DNA of 63,971 nucleotides, the filler included, from Octopus bimaculoides (taxonomy: Eukaryota): NCBI RefSeq assembly GCF_001194135.2. It is 3 parts of 3 records of this genome, joined end to end, with 100 filler letters (N's around TTAATTAATTAA, not from the genome) between each part and the next. Parts side by side here need not be neighbours in the genome. Positions count along the whole stretch, not along the records: positions 32,013 to 58,945 come from NC_068985.1; positions 59,046 to 63,971 come from NC_068987.1; 1 more part is not named here. One strand, 5' to 3'. Shown here piece by piece: positions 46,378 through 60,379 of this stretch. Within the stretch, counting starts at the first letter, position 1. Each line of letters opens with the position of its first letter. A model generated the notes under the pieces. That model worked only from the letters and a program-made list of their open reading frames with translations, was not told where the DNA came from and did no database searches. Both the position numbers and the translations under genes were made by a program.

Positions 46378-48380
46378 GATTTAACTATAGGTTCCTTCAC
46401 TGCTGAGAAACCTCGCTGATACAGTAATAATTACGTGCGTTGGCATAACCGATTTACAGAGATAACAATTAATATTATTCATGAGTAACATTTAAGAATA
46501 TATAAGAAGGATTAACAAGAAGTGAATGAAATGAAAGTTAGAGTCCATAAAACGTTATCTGCAACCAGAAATTTGAGGGGAGTAGACAATAGCATGGACC
46601 TATAGGTCTCGACTAGCACGATGCCTGTTGAGCCAACAGACGAAATAAAGGAGACCTAGATGTGGTCGCAGCCAAAGCTTTGAAAAGTATTTTTTCCCAA
46701 ATTTCGATCTTTTAAAAATCACGCCATTGAGTTCATTTTCTGTTACTTTAGTCGTTTTCTCCTTCATTTCGAGTTTGCCATAGCCATTTTATGTAATTTA
46801 CTTTTTGTCAATTCGTAAAATTATATTTTTTACTATAGTTTAAACATTTTGAAAAATATCTCAATTTCTTACCTTTTATACTTTTTCAGTATTATCTCAA
46901 TAACAATTATTATTTGGCTATAAAACGTGTTAGCGGCAAAGAAAAAAAGTAAAGACAAAAGTGTGAAATGAGGACGCATGAGTTACAATACAGTTGATTA
47001 ACTGAACCTGGAAAACTACTGAACAAGCAGAAGTGAAAGCTAAAAAATATTGCAGCTAAACTTGAAATCGAAAACAAAAATATTTTAAAGTTTTATCCAA
47101 ATGTAAAAGTATAACTTCGTTAATTTCAATTTCAAACACCTATGAAAAACTTTATATGGAACTTCTTACATTTATCCCCTATAAAATATGGTGAATGTTA
47201 GGTTGTAGCACTCGTATATGATGGAGATATGACCTGGTTTTTAAAATCTAAGGATGCTCAACTACCTTCATCTCATGTTTTTCCAGTTATAAATGAGATG
47301 ACTTTTAGGAACGCAGAAATACGAACTCATCTGGATGTGGGAAAGGGTGACTAGAAACTTGCCTGGTAACAGTTGAATAGTCAGTCAGCTCAAAAGTATG
47401 GAGAGATAAATGATGTGAGGTATTTAATGGAAATTTATCCTCGTTAGAAACAGATTAAAAATCTGTGCCCATGAAACTCTGAAAATCCAAAAACCTTCGG
47501 CTCTTGATATCCGGAAACTCCCATTCCCAACAATCGCATCTTCTACAAAGCTAGGCAACCAAACCTCCCTTTTTTAAACTGCACAAAATTTTATTTATCT
47601 CCTTCAGACTTAACATAAACCATTATATACGATCTCGCACATGGGAGGGTCTACGGGAAGAAGAAAAATAACCTTTTCAGATTTAACGAAATTGCCAATA
47701 TGTCGCCCAAAGGACATTTACTCTTACTTTTAGTCTTTTCCCTTCATTTTCCACCTGAACTCACCCAAAAACCATTTTATAAAATATAAGTTTCAACATT
47801 AGCTGCAATATTTTAAAGTTCTTACTTCTTTTTGTCCTGTACTTTTCCAGGTTCAATTAATTATATTACCATTTTTGTGCTCGCATTTTCCCTGATAGCA
47901 TAATAATTGACAAATATAGTTCTGAACCAGATTTTATATTTATATAAACGTTTTTCTATTGAATACAGAATCAAGACAAAGATTTACTACGGTGGGGATA
48001 AAGGATGATCCTGTGATAGATTAGTCGAAATTATCTGGTATAAATTAACAATCTTTTAACTAAAATGTTTATCATATCCATCTCATGTCAAAGGCCGCCA
48101 GAGGTTGCAGACTTTACTACGTGACGGGTAGTAGTATTGAATGTCAAATTTTGTTGCGCAAGAATGCTGACATTTTCAGGCGTAGTTTCAATTTTCACAT
48201 GAGAAATTATTTGTCACAAAATCTTTGCTTACGCAGTAGGGTGGGCTGGGGTGGGAACATACCCCATACCCGTAGAGGAATCCCTGTTTCAAATATNNNN
48301 NNNNNNNNNNNNNNNNNNNNNNNNNNNNNNNNNNNNNNNNNNNNNNNNNNNNNNNNNNNNNNNNNNNNNNNNNNNNNNNN

Positions 48381-48411
<31 letters not shown>

Positions 48412-51225
48412 GCACAAGACACCACCACACATTTTATCTACAGAATCTATCATAAGCCACTAAGGGAGTCCTTGCGTCTTTACTCGACATGCTAGAAACT
48501 ATGGTTAAGTCCCTTCAAAGTGCACCCCTGCCGCCAAAAAAAAAAAAAAGAAAGAAAGACGGGATGGTAATTGCGCTGGAATGACCCTCATTCATTTAAC
48601 CCTAACTTTCATTGTTTAGTCAGTGCTCACCAGGTTTCAGCGCTGGATTAACCACGAAGCAAATAAGCATGTTAGGGAAGGAGGTACCACAGAAATGATA
48701 AATTGTTCACAGAACGAAAGAAATTACTTCAAACTTGCCAAAATGATATTCAGGAAGTCTTATCTGTATCAAGTATAGAAGCAGATGTGTTATGTAAGAT
48801 TAATTTTGAGGATTTGAGCAAAGACTTTGCAATAAAAAGAAGTCGGAGAAAACTTTTCAAATATGAATAAAGTGGAAATATACAAAAAGAAACATTATTT
48901 TTCATCTTACAGTCAGTTTTGTTTCATTTTGAAACGAAAAAATATTTTATGGTTTATTATTGTTTATATTTTGAATTACATATATAATATATGGGTGCAC
49001 CAAAATCATTTAAGTGCTTTAAGGCCTCTATGGGTCTTAATCATGCACGTCATTATGGGAGTGTACTGGACGACACTAGCCCTTCCCCCACCAATTATTC
49101 AATGGTGCGACCTCAGATTTACAGTGATACACTTATTTTGATACTCCACTTTAGCGTTATAACAAATTAGTGCCCACCCAGAATATTCTGAAGCACCCCT
49201 AGGCATCGAAATCTGGCGACAGGCCTAGTCTTAATCCAGCCCTGCCGAAGCTAAAGTATGATATATACCTATCGAACCTTTTAGGAGCCTTTATGAAGTG
49301 ACTTGACTTGCCAGAAATAACTGCTAAATTTACCTGAAATCACATTCAACCGTCTTAAAAAAGGAAAGACCTAACATAATGTTATTTAGGGCTACTAATG
49401 TAATCCTACATAACACCATATTTGGTTAAAAGTGGGGTTGGTCACTTTGATAGCATGTTGTACTACATTAGACCTGACCTGAGGTTAATCAAATTATCAT
49501 CATTATCATCGTCATCATCCTCGTCATCGTCAACATTATCGTAATTGACATAGATGTAAATACATACATATAGACATCCCTTTCGCCTTGGACTATGACC
49601 TTGTTAAGGCATTGTCTTCGTCAGTAGAGTTGATTAAACACAGCTAAGTACGTATTTTTTTGGACATCGGAAGGATGAAAGGTAAAGTAAGGCCCTGAAC
49701 AGGATTTTATCTCAGAACGTATATGGACATGTAACGACAAAGTTTTATGTCAAAATGCATAGTATAAATGATCGAAGAAGAGCAATATTAATTGATTATT
49801 AAGATGGTCATTTATTAATATAATTATAATGTTGGTCTTTACAATATAGAAAATTCAACTTCGTCGAGTTATTTGTAGATCTTCAGTCCATTCTCTATAA
49901 CAGTTAGTTTCATCTCTGTGTGACTACTAAGGAGAAACAGGGTAATGAAATCTAAGTAAGTAGAGCATATAAGCAGTAAGTTGTCCCACGTATAACGGTT
50001 TTGCTTCTTCATCGGTGCCGGAAGAAGGAAGAAAGATAGATGTGTTCTTGGTTGGCACCGAGTGATCGAAGAGAATGAGTTAATTTGCTGTTGCGTTTCT
50101 ATATTCTTCTAACTAACCTAGGTCAACCTAAAAGAAAAGAATTCTCTGTATCAGGTTTGACCTGTGAATACCTCGAAAAAGTCCAGGAGGTCAGCTTATT
50201 CTCATTAGTTTTTTTAGTGTAACAGGTGAAAACAATAGGCCGATGATTTGTTGAAAAAATGTAGATTAATTTCGAATCCTAGTTTAGAAAGTTGATAGCT
50301 GTTTGCTACATACGTAAACATATTTTGTCCGACGCTTTAACGATTACCAATTCTGCAAGCAATATCCCCCCCCACACACACACACAGAGTCGAACACACA
50401 CATGTACCAATATGAATATAGCTGATTTCTAAATTTGGCACGAGGTTACATATTTTGGGTAAAGGGTATCGTCGACTCAATTGACCGTGGTACTTTGCTT
50501 TATCGATCCCTAGACCGATGAAAGTCAACCACGAAGAGATTTGAATTTAGAATGTATAGGCCTGTAAAAAATGTAGAACAAAATGCCGCATGGCATTTTG
50601 TTCTACGTTCTATAGATTCCACCAATCACCGTTCTACATATTAATGCGACTGTTTCAAGTTTTGGCACAAGGCCAGCAATCTAGGGGCGGGAGTTAGTCG
50701 ATTACATCGATTCTAGTGCTCAACATCGATGAACTAGAAATATCGATGACTAGAAACATCGATGAACTTAGAAACATATTTGTTCCAAACAAAAATATAA
50801 AGGACATGTAAAGAAGTATGAGAGTTCCTTGATTAACAAAACAGAGGCTAACAAAATCGCAGAGATGGCAGAATCGTTTGCGTATCGGACAAACATGTGT
50901 ATAATATTTCTTCTGGTTCTTTACGTGTTGAGCTCAATCCTGCTGAGGTCGATTTTGCTTTTCATCTGTTCGATGATTCTAGTCTATCGCTGTTGACGTT
51001 TACAGAATATCCTGTTAATTAGTCTCCAAGGCTAAATACGTTTAACAACTACAACATCTTGATCACTGATCTTTGTAGCACCAAACTTCTTCATTTAATC
51101 TTTCAATCAGTCTGTCATTCACATTTTACTACACTGCCACAATGCTTCACTCAGTGACACTGTCTTACTACCTTGTTTAGTATTAGTCATATATTTAATT
51201 AGTTTCTGTTATTACATGCAGATTG

Positions 51226-51428
51226 AAGGCAGTGAGCTGGCTGAATCGTCAGTCCGCCGGGTAAAATCCTTAGCGCCATTTCATCCGTCTTTACGTTCCG
51301 AGTTTAAATTCATTAGAGGTCGATTTTTTGCCTTTCGAGGTCGATAAAATAGGTACCAGTCACACATCGGAGTCGATGAAATTGACTTACCCCTTCCTCC
51401 AAAACTGCTGGCTTTGTGCCAAAATTTG
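51226..51428 (+). mobile_element. SINE family A copy
   Basis: Same motifs; further fragments at about 50440-50560(-), 50655-50720, 50870-50975 and 51530-51610(-). Confidence 0.78.
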
Positions 51429-51834
51429 CGTTGAAGCCATTATTATAAGCAGACTGGGTCGAATATTTTCGTAATGTAAAGTTTTCTCTTCCGAAATATT
51501 GATTAATTCAACGTAGGCACAAATGTTCACATTTGGGCAGATGGGTAAAGTCGATTATATCAACTTCAGTACTTTAGTTTTATCGACTCCGACAGAATGA
51601 GAAGCGAAGTCAGCCTGTTATTAACATTTGCTATTGTAGGCTGACATTTCTGTGTCGTTTATAGGATTCCTTTATTTCTCTAAATTAGTTTACACTCTTA
51701 GATCAGTGGCCCTTACCTTTTAATACGAAAAGGCCAATATGAAGAGCAAAATTTGGTGGGAGTTTGCATTTTGGAATTATCAGAATTTAAATCTGACGCG
51801 GCTAAAAGAAATCATACATTTCATTTCGCGCGTG

Positions 51835-51922
<88 letters not shown>

Positions 51923-52544
51923 AGAAATTTTAATGAGATGCCTGAGGTTGAATCTTCTCAACAAGTTTGGTAATGTCAACTTGTTTGTTAGTTTCGCAAG
52001 GCATTAAAAGTTAATGTAGACAGATGCTCGTCAGCTGAGAAAGGATGAACTTTTCAGAATCATATATTTTGTTTGCTCGTACACTCCCTTGCAATGAAAA
52101 CTGATCTTTATATCTTGTTTCACGATGTCTTTTAAGGTTTCGATTCCTTGACGGTCCTGATAAAATAGTGTTTTATATGATCTAAGCTATTTGCCCTATT
52201 TTTCGAACTAACCGAAGTCATTTTCATAGGTTGGGCGGAAAAGATGGAAAATATAGCTTTATTAATAACAACTTTATAGCAAAATTTTTCGACGATACTA
52301 TTCTTATAAAACGTATATAATTTAAGACGATGTTACCCCCTCCCCACTTTTTCTGTGTTCTCTACAAAATACATTGGGGAAATTCTTCAGTATAATGAGC
52401 ATTCATGCAGTCGCTCGACCTGCAAGAAATAGCAGCCAAATCCTTCTCAAATTACACCCGACTATTATATAAGAGCGCATTTTGATAATATAGATCTCAA
52501 TATTCAATATCTGAAAAAGAATAGAAAAATAGTGGTAGTGGTCA

Positions 52545-52823
52545 TTACTGAAAAGTCTTCAAACAGAGAATTGATGTTAGGCTAGACATTGGATTATGTA
52601 GTCCTATGTACAATTTGACTGAAGAAAAAACACTAACAACAAAAGCAATAACATAAAACATCATTGCTACAGATGGTACATTTTGGTCATATGCCTGCTT
52701 GATCAGAGCTGACACCTGAGGCTTCAAAAAGTAAACTAAGAAATCAACAAAGCGGAGGTCATTTATTTTTCTGCGATGTTCGAGGTAATACGCCTTAACC
52801 CAGCGTTGTTGTAACAACCTGTT
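52545..52823 (-). other. Candidate terminal coding exon of an unidentified membrane protein
   Basis: Minus-strand acceptor-like cttccttgtcAG, then NRLLQQRWVKAYYLEHRRKINDLRFVDFLVYFLKPQ...VAMMFYVIAFVVSVFSSVKLYIGL...FQ*. No family recognised. Confidence 0.2.
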
Positions 52824-53444
52824 CTGACAAGGAAGGATTGTCTGATTTTATGCATTCTTTCTTCCTTTCTTTTTTTCTTTAATCTGTTGACACCGTCACT
52901 GTTCTTTATTTGCTTATCATGTGTTAAATGAAGCTACAAATAATAGCGTGTAAATTTTGGGCTAAAAACCCTTTGGACAGAAAGCATATTTTATGCAATT
53001 GACGGCTGTGATTACCCCCCCCCCACACACACAGAGTTGGCTAAAACTTCGCGTGACAGGCTAAACAGACACTCATACATCGGTTAATAGAAGGGATATA
53101 TTATTATAAATAAAATGTTACATTCCCATATCAGCCTCTTTAACAATTAGTTTCATACCAGGAGATAAACTCGGCAATCGTCGGAGAAGGCTGAACAGAG
53201 TAGTATGGCGAGCGTTCTATGTCCCTATAGAGATGAAAGTGTCACATCTGACTTTCAGAACTCCAGTGGCAAAGACTGCATCCCGTACTATTCTGTTCGG
53301 CCCTTTCTAATGATTATCGGGGTTATCTCAATTCCTGTATGGAAAAAAAACCAAAAAAAAACTGATAAAATGACTGATATGAGAATATATTTTCTGTTTT
53401 ATAGTATATAGATAAGATATATATATATACACACACACACACAC

Positions 53445-53475
<31 letters not shown>

Positions 53476-54456
53476 NNNNNNNNNNNNNNNNNNNNNNNNN
53501 NNNNNNNNNNNNNNNNNNNNNNNNNNNNNNNNNNNNNNNNNNNNNNNNNNNNNNNNNNNNNNNNNNNNNNNNNNNNNNNNNNNNNNNNNNNNNNNNNNNN
53601 NNNNNNNNNNNNNNNNNNNNNNNNNNNNNNNNNNNNNNNNNNNNNNNNNNNNNNNNNNNNNNNNNNNNNNNNNNNNNNNNNNNNNNNNNNNNNNNNNNNN
53701 NNNNNNNNNNNNNNNNNNNNNNNNNNNNNNNNNNNNNNNNNNNNNNNNNNNNNNNNNNNNNNNNNNNNNNNNNNNNNNNNNNNNNNNNNNNNNNNNNNNN
53801 NNNNNNNNNNNNNNNNNNNNNNNNNNNNNNNNNNNNNNNNNNNNNNNNNNNNNNNNNNNNNNNNNNNNNNNNNNNNNNNNNNNNNNNNNNNNNNNNNNNN
53901 NNNNNNNNNNNNNNNNNNNNNNNNNNNNNNNNNNNNNNNNNNNNNNNNNNNNNNNNNNNNNNNNNNNNNNNNNNNNNNNNNNNNNNNNNNNNNNNNNNNN
54001 NNNNNNNNNNNNNNNNNNNNNNNNNNNNNNNNNNNNNNNNNNNNNNNNNNNNNNNNNNNNNNNNNNNNNNNNNNNNNNNNNNNNNNNNNNNNNNNNNNNN
54101 NNNNNNNNNNNNNNNNNNNNNNNNNNNNNNNNNNNNNNNNNNNNNNNNNNNNNNNNNNNNNNNNNNNNNNNNNNNNNNNNNNNNNNNNNNNNNNNNNNNN
54201 NNNNNNNNNNNNNNNNNNNNNNNNNNNNNNNNNNNNNNNNNNNNNNNNNNNNNNNNNNNNNNNNNNNNNNNNNNNNNNNNNNNNNNNNNNNNNNNNNNNN
54301 NNNNNNNNNNNNNNNNNNNNNNNNNNNNNNNTCCCTTGGCAAACAGGACACAGTCGTGTGTCGATAAGCCAGCTGGAGGAGATGTCCTCCTGGGGCTAAA
54401 AGCAACAGTAACATCCACCCCTAGGGGTCAGCCACACTTAAGTGGCAATATACTAC

Positions 54457-54493
<37 letters not shown>

Positions 54494-54849
54494 GATCGCT
54501 GCTATATGGAGAGCTATCGTTTGTTTTGCCCAAGATGCATCACCTATGCATCTGTTCTTGAAACAGCCGTAAGAAACTTTCTGCACACCTTATTACTTCC
54601 TTCCCTCTTATGATCTCTACTCATATAACAACTGAACCAAGGTGTTTAAAGATATAAATGTCATAATCTAACCTGAGACCAGTAATTTTGCCTTTGTGTA
54701 TTTTTATCGTTTTATGTATGTATCTGCTCAACTAATAAACTGCCAAACCTGGGCACCAAACCGTTAATCCGAAGTAAACATTTTCGTTAACGATTTAACT
54801 TTTAAGTTAGCTTTAGAAATCATTATCGGATTAATTGACTTCCGTTACA

Positions 54850-55385
54850 TCGACAAACGGTTTAGGACCCTCCTTGGAGGATGAGAAATATCAGCTGGCT
54901 GCTTTTCCACTCCAGATTTCGCCCTATCTGGTCAGATAAGTATCACAATACCAAGGTCGCTAAAGTGAGGAAAAGCTTGGAGGGTAAAACCGAGGAGGCC
55001 ATGAGGCAGCAGTCTGACGAAGTGAGCAGTAACAGCGGAGACAGCAACAACGAAGATAAGGAGGATGACTTCTTTAGTAGTGTCACTCAGCCAAAAGAGA
55101 GCAGCAGGAGTCACAAGTCACTCAAGGACAGGGCCCAGAATTTGGTCAAGACCTGGTTGGAGACCATCTCCAAGGACTTGCTGACAAATACTGCCTTCTT
55201 GGGTAAGCACGTTTTGGTCGAGTTGTTCATCAAGTTCAACACAGTTATCCCCTCCCAATGCTGCAGTGAAGCATTTGTTCTCTATGGGCAAGTACATCTG
55301 ATGAAAACTTTGATACGCTAATTTTCATGAAGGGCAGCATGCATCTAATGAACAAAATGGAGAACGAGAAGAAGAGGAAAAATTA
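54850..55385 (+). mobile_element. hAT transposase C-terminal (dimerisation domain) fragment, frameshifted
   Basis: FHSRFRPIW...EDDFF...LFIKFNTVIPS / AAVKHLFSMG ... DENFDTLIFMKGS resembles the hATC motif NTxLPSSAAVERLFSxG...LSDENFE.L.F.K. Confidence 0.85.
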
Positions 55386-58219
55386 AATTATGTATATATC
55401 GTGTTCTTCATTTTTTAAATTTTTATTTTTACGGCCACATTATCAATAAACTTTTTTAGTTTAATATTAATATTGTGTTTCGTTTGAGATTTTTTTACCC
55501 TTTTCTGGCTCTAAAAGCCTNNNNNNNNNNNNNNNNNNNNNNNNNNNNNNNNNNNNNNNNNNNNNNNNNNNNNNNNNNNNNNNNNNNNNNNNNNNNNNNN
55601 NNNNNNNNNNNNNNNNNNNNNNNNNNNNNNNNNNNNNNNNNNNNNNNNNNNNNNNNNNNNNNNNNNNNNNNNNNNNNNNNNNNNNNNNNNNNNNNNNNNN
55701 NNNNNNNNNNNNNNNNNNNNNNNNNNNNNNNNNNNNNNNNNNNNNNNNNNNNNNNNNNNNNNNNNNNNNNNNNNNNNNNNNNNNNNNNNNNNNNNNNNNN
55801 NNNNNNNNNNNNNNNNNNNNNNNNNNNNNNNNNNNNNNNNNNNNNNNNNNNNNNNNNNNNNNNNNNNNNNNNNNNNNNNNNNNNNNNNNNNNNNNNNNNN
55901 NNNNNNNNNNNNNNNNNNNNNNNNNNNNNNNNNNNNNNNNNNNNNNNNNNNNNNNNNNNNNNNNNNNNNNNNNNNNNNNNNNNNNNNNNNNNNNNNNNNN
56001 NNNNNNNNNNNNNNNNNNNNNNNNNNNNNNNNNNNNNNNNNNNNNNNNNNNNNNNNNNNTATATATATATATATATATATAAAATAAGGATTCATATAGA
56101 ATCATGTACTTGAAAAGATATGCACCAGATAGGGTTGAAAACAGGATATTCCGGTTGTGTACAGAGAGAAAACTAACCCTGTGAGTATTTAGCGCCTAGA
56201 GGCTGGTCCAAAGCACGCGTTACGTTGAATTGTATGTTGTTGGTATACTCTTTGGTGCAGGACAAGTCGTAAATCCCCTTGGCGTATTATAATCAAATGA
56301 ATAATAACAAGTGCTAGTATACTGCTCCCACTTAAAATGTGACTGATACTCATGTCTCCTTTCCTACAAATTCTACATTTATTGTCTGACTGAGTTTCGT
56401 TGATCTTTGGCTGCCAATTATGGTTAATCTGGGGCTACTGAAAATATTCTTTCTTTACCCTGTACAACATAATTTTCAGATTCAGTATCGCAGTACCAAC
56501 AGTGTCTTCTACATTTAGTCATTTAGTCCTTATTTTTATCATCATCATCATCGTCATCGTCGTCGTCGTTATCATCATCATCATCATCATCACTATTATC
56601 ATTGTTTGAGGAACTCTGACGCCATTATGATGGTGTTTATATCAGTTACTGTGGTGTTAAGCAAAAAGAAAGGAATTCCTTTCTCCAGAAAATTGAATTC
56701 ATCCCTGGAAACCAATAAATTTACTCACCAAGATTTGAACCTGTAACATCAGGCTTTTCTCTCAACTTTTCCATCTAATTTCATGTCATTACTTTTGCAT
56801 GTAATTACATTCTTTCTCACTATGCAAAATATTTTTTAACACATATATTATATGCGTATAGAGTCATAGACATATGTATTCATTCATACATGCAAAGCTA
56901 AACACATAAATACATGCCAAAATATGCATATANNNNNNNNNNNNNNNNNNNNNNNNNNNNNNNNNNNNNNNNNNNNNNNNNNNNNNNNNNNNNNNNNNNN
57001 NNNNNNNNNNNNNNNNNNNNNNNNNNNNNNNNNNNNNNNNNNNNNNNNNNNNNNNNNNNNNNNNNNNNNNNNNNNNNNNNNNNNNNNNNNNNNNNNNNNN
57101 NNNNNNNNNNNNNNNNNNNNNNNNNNNNNNNNNNNNNNNNNNNNNNNNNNNNNNNNNNNNNNNNNNNNNNNNNNNNNNNNNNNNNNNNNNNNNNNNNNNN
57201 NNNNNNNNNNNNNNNNNNNNNNNNNNNNNNNNNNNNNNNNNNNNNNNNNNNNNNNNNNNNNNNNNNNNNNNNNNNNNNNNNNNNNNNNNNNNNNNNNNNN
57301 NNNNNNNNGTGTTCACATAATCCAGTAGTTCATATAATTTTAATTGTTACCTAATGCTTTTTCTTTTGTTTTTTTCTCTTTATTTGGCATGTGGTGAGGA
57401 AGAGAAGTGGTTTATGAAATTATTTTTAAGGATTACTTACTGTCTTAAGGCAAAGATTATAATTAAAATACAAATATATGAAACTTTTCCCAAACAATTG
57501 CAATATGTAACATTTTTTTAAAGTTGTTATGCAAGAGATAAGCTTTTAACAAGTCTTTTTGCTTACTCTGTTTCAATTCACACATACATCTAGAACTGTT
57601 GGGAATACCATGAATATCACAGCATCACAAACTCAACATAGGTTTAAAACAGTACATGACAAGTATATATTATCAGTGTAGAGTTATTGTCAGATCTACA
57701 TCACTAGGTGATAATTTCTAGTTATCAACTTGATTTATATACAATCTGACAAGAGAACACGTGTGGTTGAGATTACACTAAAGCTGAATTAATTCCTTTT
57801 GGTGAAAAGCAGAAGGTTTCCGAAATTAAATTAGTTTTAAATATTTGTTATATTAGTTAGAATAAATATCACAAAAAATTTTGTCTAGTTCCCTAACGAT
57901 TTTGGCAATTCTCCACCCAGAGTGGTGATGCATAAAAATGGAGTAAATAATAAATGGTATATTATTGAAGAAATGTGTAAAATATGTAAGTAAAACAAAA
58001 GGCTATGTCACGGCTCACACTATATTACACAACCCATTGTCTATCCCAAGCACATACACAACAAATCACCATGCAATAAAGTAACACAGCTCACTTAGCC
58101 CGTAGTCTACACCACAATCAAAGCTTTAATAGGCGCAAGTATAGTTTTGAGATTAAGAAGCTTGTTTAACAATCTTTTTTTTTTTCTAGTTAATTTTAGT
58201 TAATTTTTGTTTATTTTCA

Positions 58220-58945
58220 GATCATTAAACTGGAATGTCAAGTTAAGAAAAACGAGCATTTTCGACACCTCCTTCTTTTTGCTTTTAATCAAGGCTCTAA
58301 GGCTGCGAAAGCTGCTCGCAACATTTGTGCTGTGTATGGAGAGGGTGCTATAGCTGAAAGAGTCGCTCGTGATTGGTATGCCAAGTTCAAAAATGGAAAT
58401 TTTGACCCCAAAGACGCACCTCGTTCTGGCCGTCCAGTTGAGTTCGATGAAGAGCGATTAAACCAACTTTCGCACGAAAATTCTCGTCAAATGACAAGGG
58501 AACTGGCAGAGAAAATGGAATGCTCCCACACTGCTATAGATGGGAAAGGTTCAGAAGCATGTTCATGGGTTCTGCATGCTTTAAGTGGCAACAACAAAAA
58601 TCAATGAGCCACAATCTCCGCTGGTTTGCTTGCTCGTCATCGCTCAACTCTTGGACACAAGCAACGATTTCTTTACCGAATCGTTATTGGCGACGAAAAA
58701 TGGTGCCTGTACATCAATATGAAACAGCGTAAGGAATGGCTTAGCCCCGGTAAACAAGCGACACTACACGTGAAACAAGATCTTCATCCACGTAAAACGA
58801 TGTTGTGCGTATGGTGGGACTGAGAAGGGATTATCCATTACGAATTGCTTGAACGGAACCAAACAGTCAACGCGGAATTCTATGTTCAACAGATGGAACG
58901 ACTCAACACAGCTATTCAAGAGAAAAGACCTAATTGACAGCATGG
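58220..58945 (+). mobile_element. mariner transposase pseudogene (N-terminus to past the first catalytic Asp), cut by the spacer
   Basis: ECQVKKNEHFRHLLLFAFNQG...AERVARDWYAKFKNGNF...PRSGRPVEFDE, WVLHAL (WVPHEL motif), RIVIGDEKWCLY and LHPRKTMLCVWWD, with stops and an internal deletion. Confidence 0.95.
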
Positions 58946-59045
58946 NNNNNNNNNNNNNNNNNNNNNNNNNNNNNNNNNNNNNNNNNNNNTTAATTAATTA
59001 ANNNNNNNNNNNNNNNNNNNNNNNNNNNNNNNNNNNNNNNNNNNN
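58946..59045. other. Artificial scaffold spacer N44-TTAATTAATTAA-N44
   Basis: Identical to 31913-32012. Confidence 0.9.
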
Positions 59046-59278
59046 TATATATGGGTAGGTAGAATTACAGATAATAGATCTCTCTTTCTCTCTCTCCCTA
59101 TATATATATGTATAAATATACACACAGCTATGTATGTGTGTGTGTCTATGTATGTATGTATGTATGTATGTATGTATGTATGTATGTATTCACCAATGCA
59201 GAGTATTATGTTAGTTTAGTCGCCACTGTTGTTTTCATTCCTCTACGTTATATTTATGTTGTATGTATGTGCCTGTGT

Positions 59279-59313
<35 letters not shown>

Positions 59314-59598
59314 CGTGTCTGTGTTTGTGTGTGAGCGCATGCGTGTAGAGGTGAGGGTGGAAGGTAGATGTCTCTTTAAATAACTTTGTCACTCTGTTGT
59401 GTGCTTTGAATGGGTGGTTTCGGGTTCCCAGTCATCTCTGACGATCACTGATTGGCTGACGGGACACTTTTTGGGAGTTTATCCTATTTATTGTTTTTAC
59501 ACAGAAGACAACGCACACGCACATGCACATGCACACGCACACACACACACACACAGAGGTAGGCAGGCAGACAGACAAAGAAGCAGATAGATAGATAC

Positions 59599-59639
<41 letters not shown>

Positions 59640-60022
59640 AACATATATACCATACATACGTACATAGATACGCGCACACACGTATAGGTATGTATATATA
59701 TGTANNNNNNNNNNNNNNNNNNNNNNNNNNNNNNNNNNNNNNNNNNNNNNNNNNNNNNNNNNNNNNNNNNNNNNNNNNNNNNNNNNNNNNNNNNNNNNNN
59801 NNNNNNNNNNNNNNNNNNNNNNNNNNNNNNNNNNNNNNNNNNNNNNNNNNNNNNNNNNNNNNNNNNNNNNNNNNCACATGAATACATTAGCATATCTGTG
59901 TATGGAAATAAACATATATACATACCTACCTACATACAGTTCCATATATAAACATATATACAATATATACACCCATAAATACACACACACTCCCATATAT
60001 ATTTATATCGGTATATATGTAT

Positions 60023-60060
<38 letters not shown>

Positions 60061-60092
60061 GAATGAATATATGTGCGTGCGTATATTATATG

Positions 60093-60124
<32 letters not shown>

Positions 60125-60379
60125 TATACACGTGTTATATATATGCATACATACATACTTACATACGCACATACATACATACATACATAGACACACCCAC
60201 AAACATGATACATGCATACATACGCACACAGACACACTCACAAGCATTCACATACACATACACACAAATATATACACACGCACATATATTCCCAGCCCAA
60301 TCTGGAACAAAATGAACTTTTATTCTTATAAGATAATTTCTCTACTCTTTATTTACAATTGAATTAGTAGCGTCACCTT

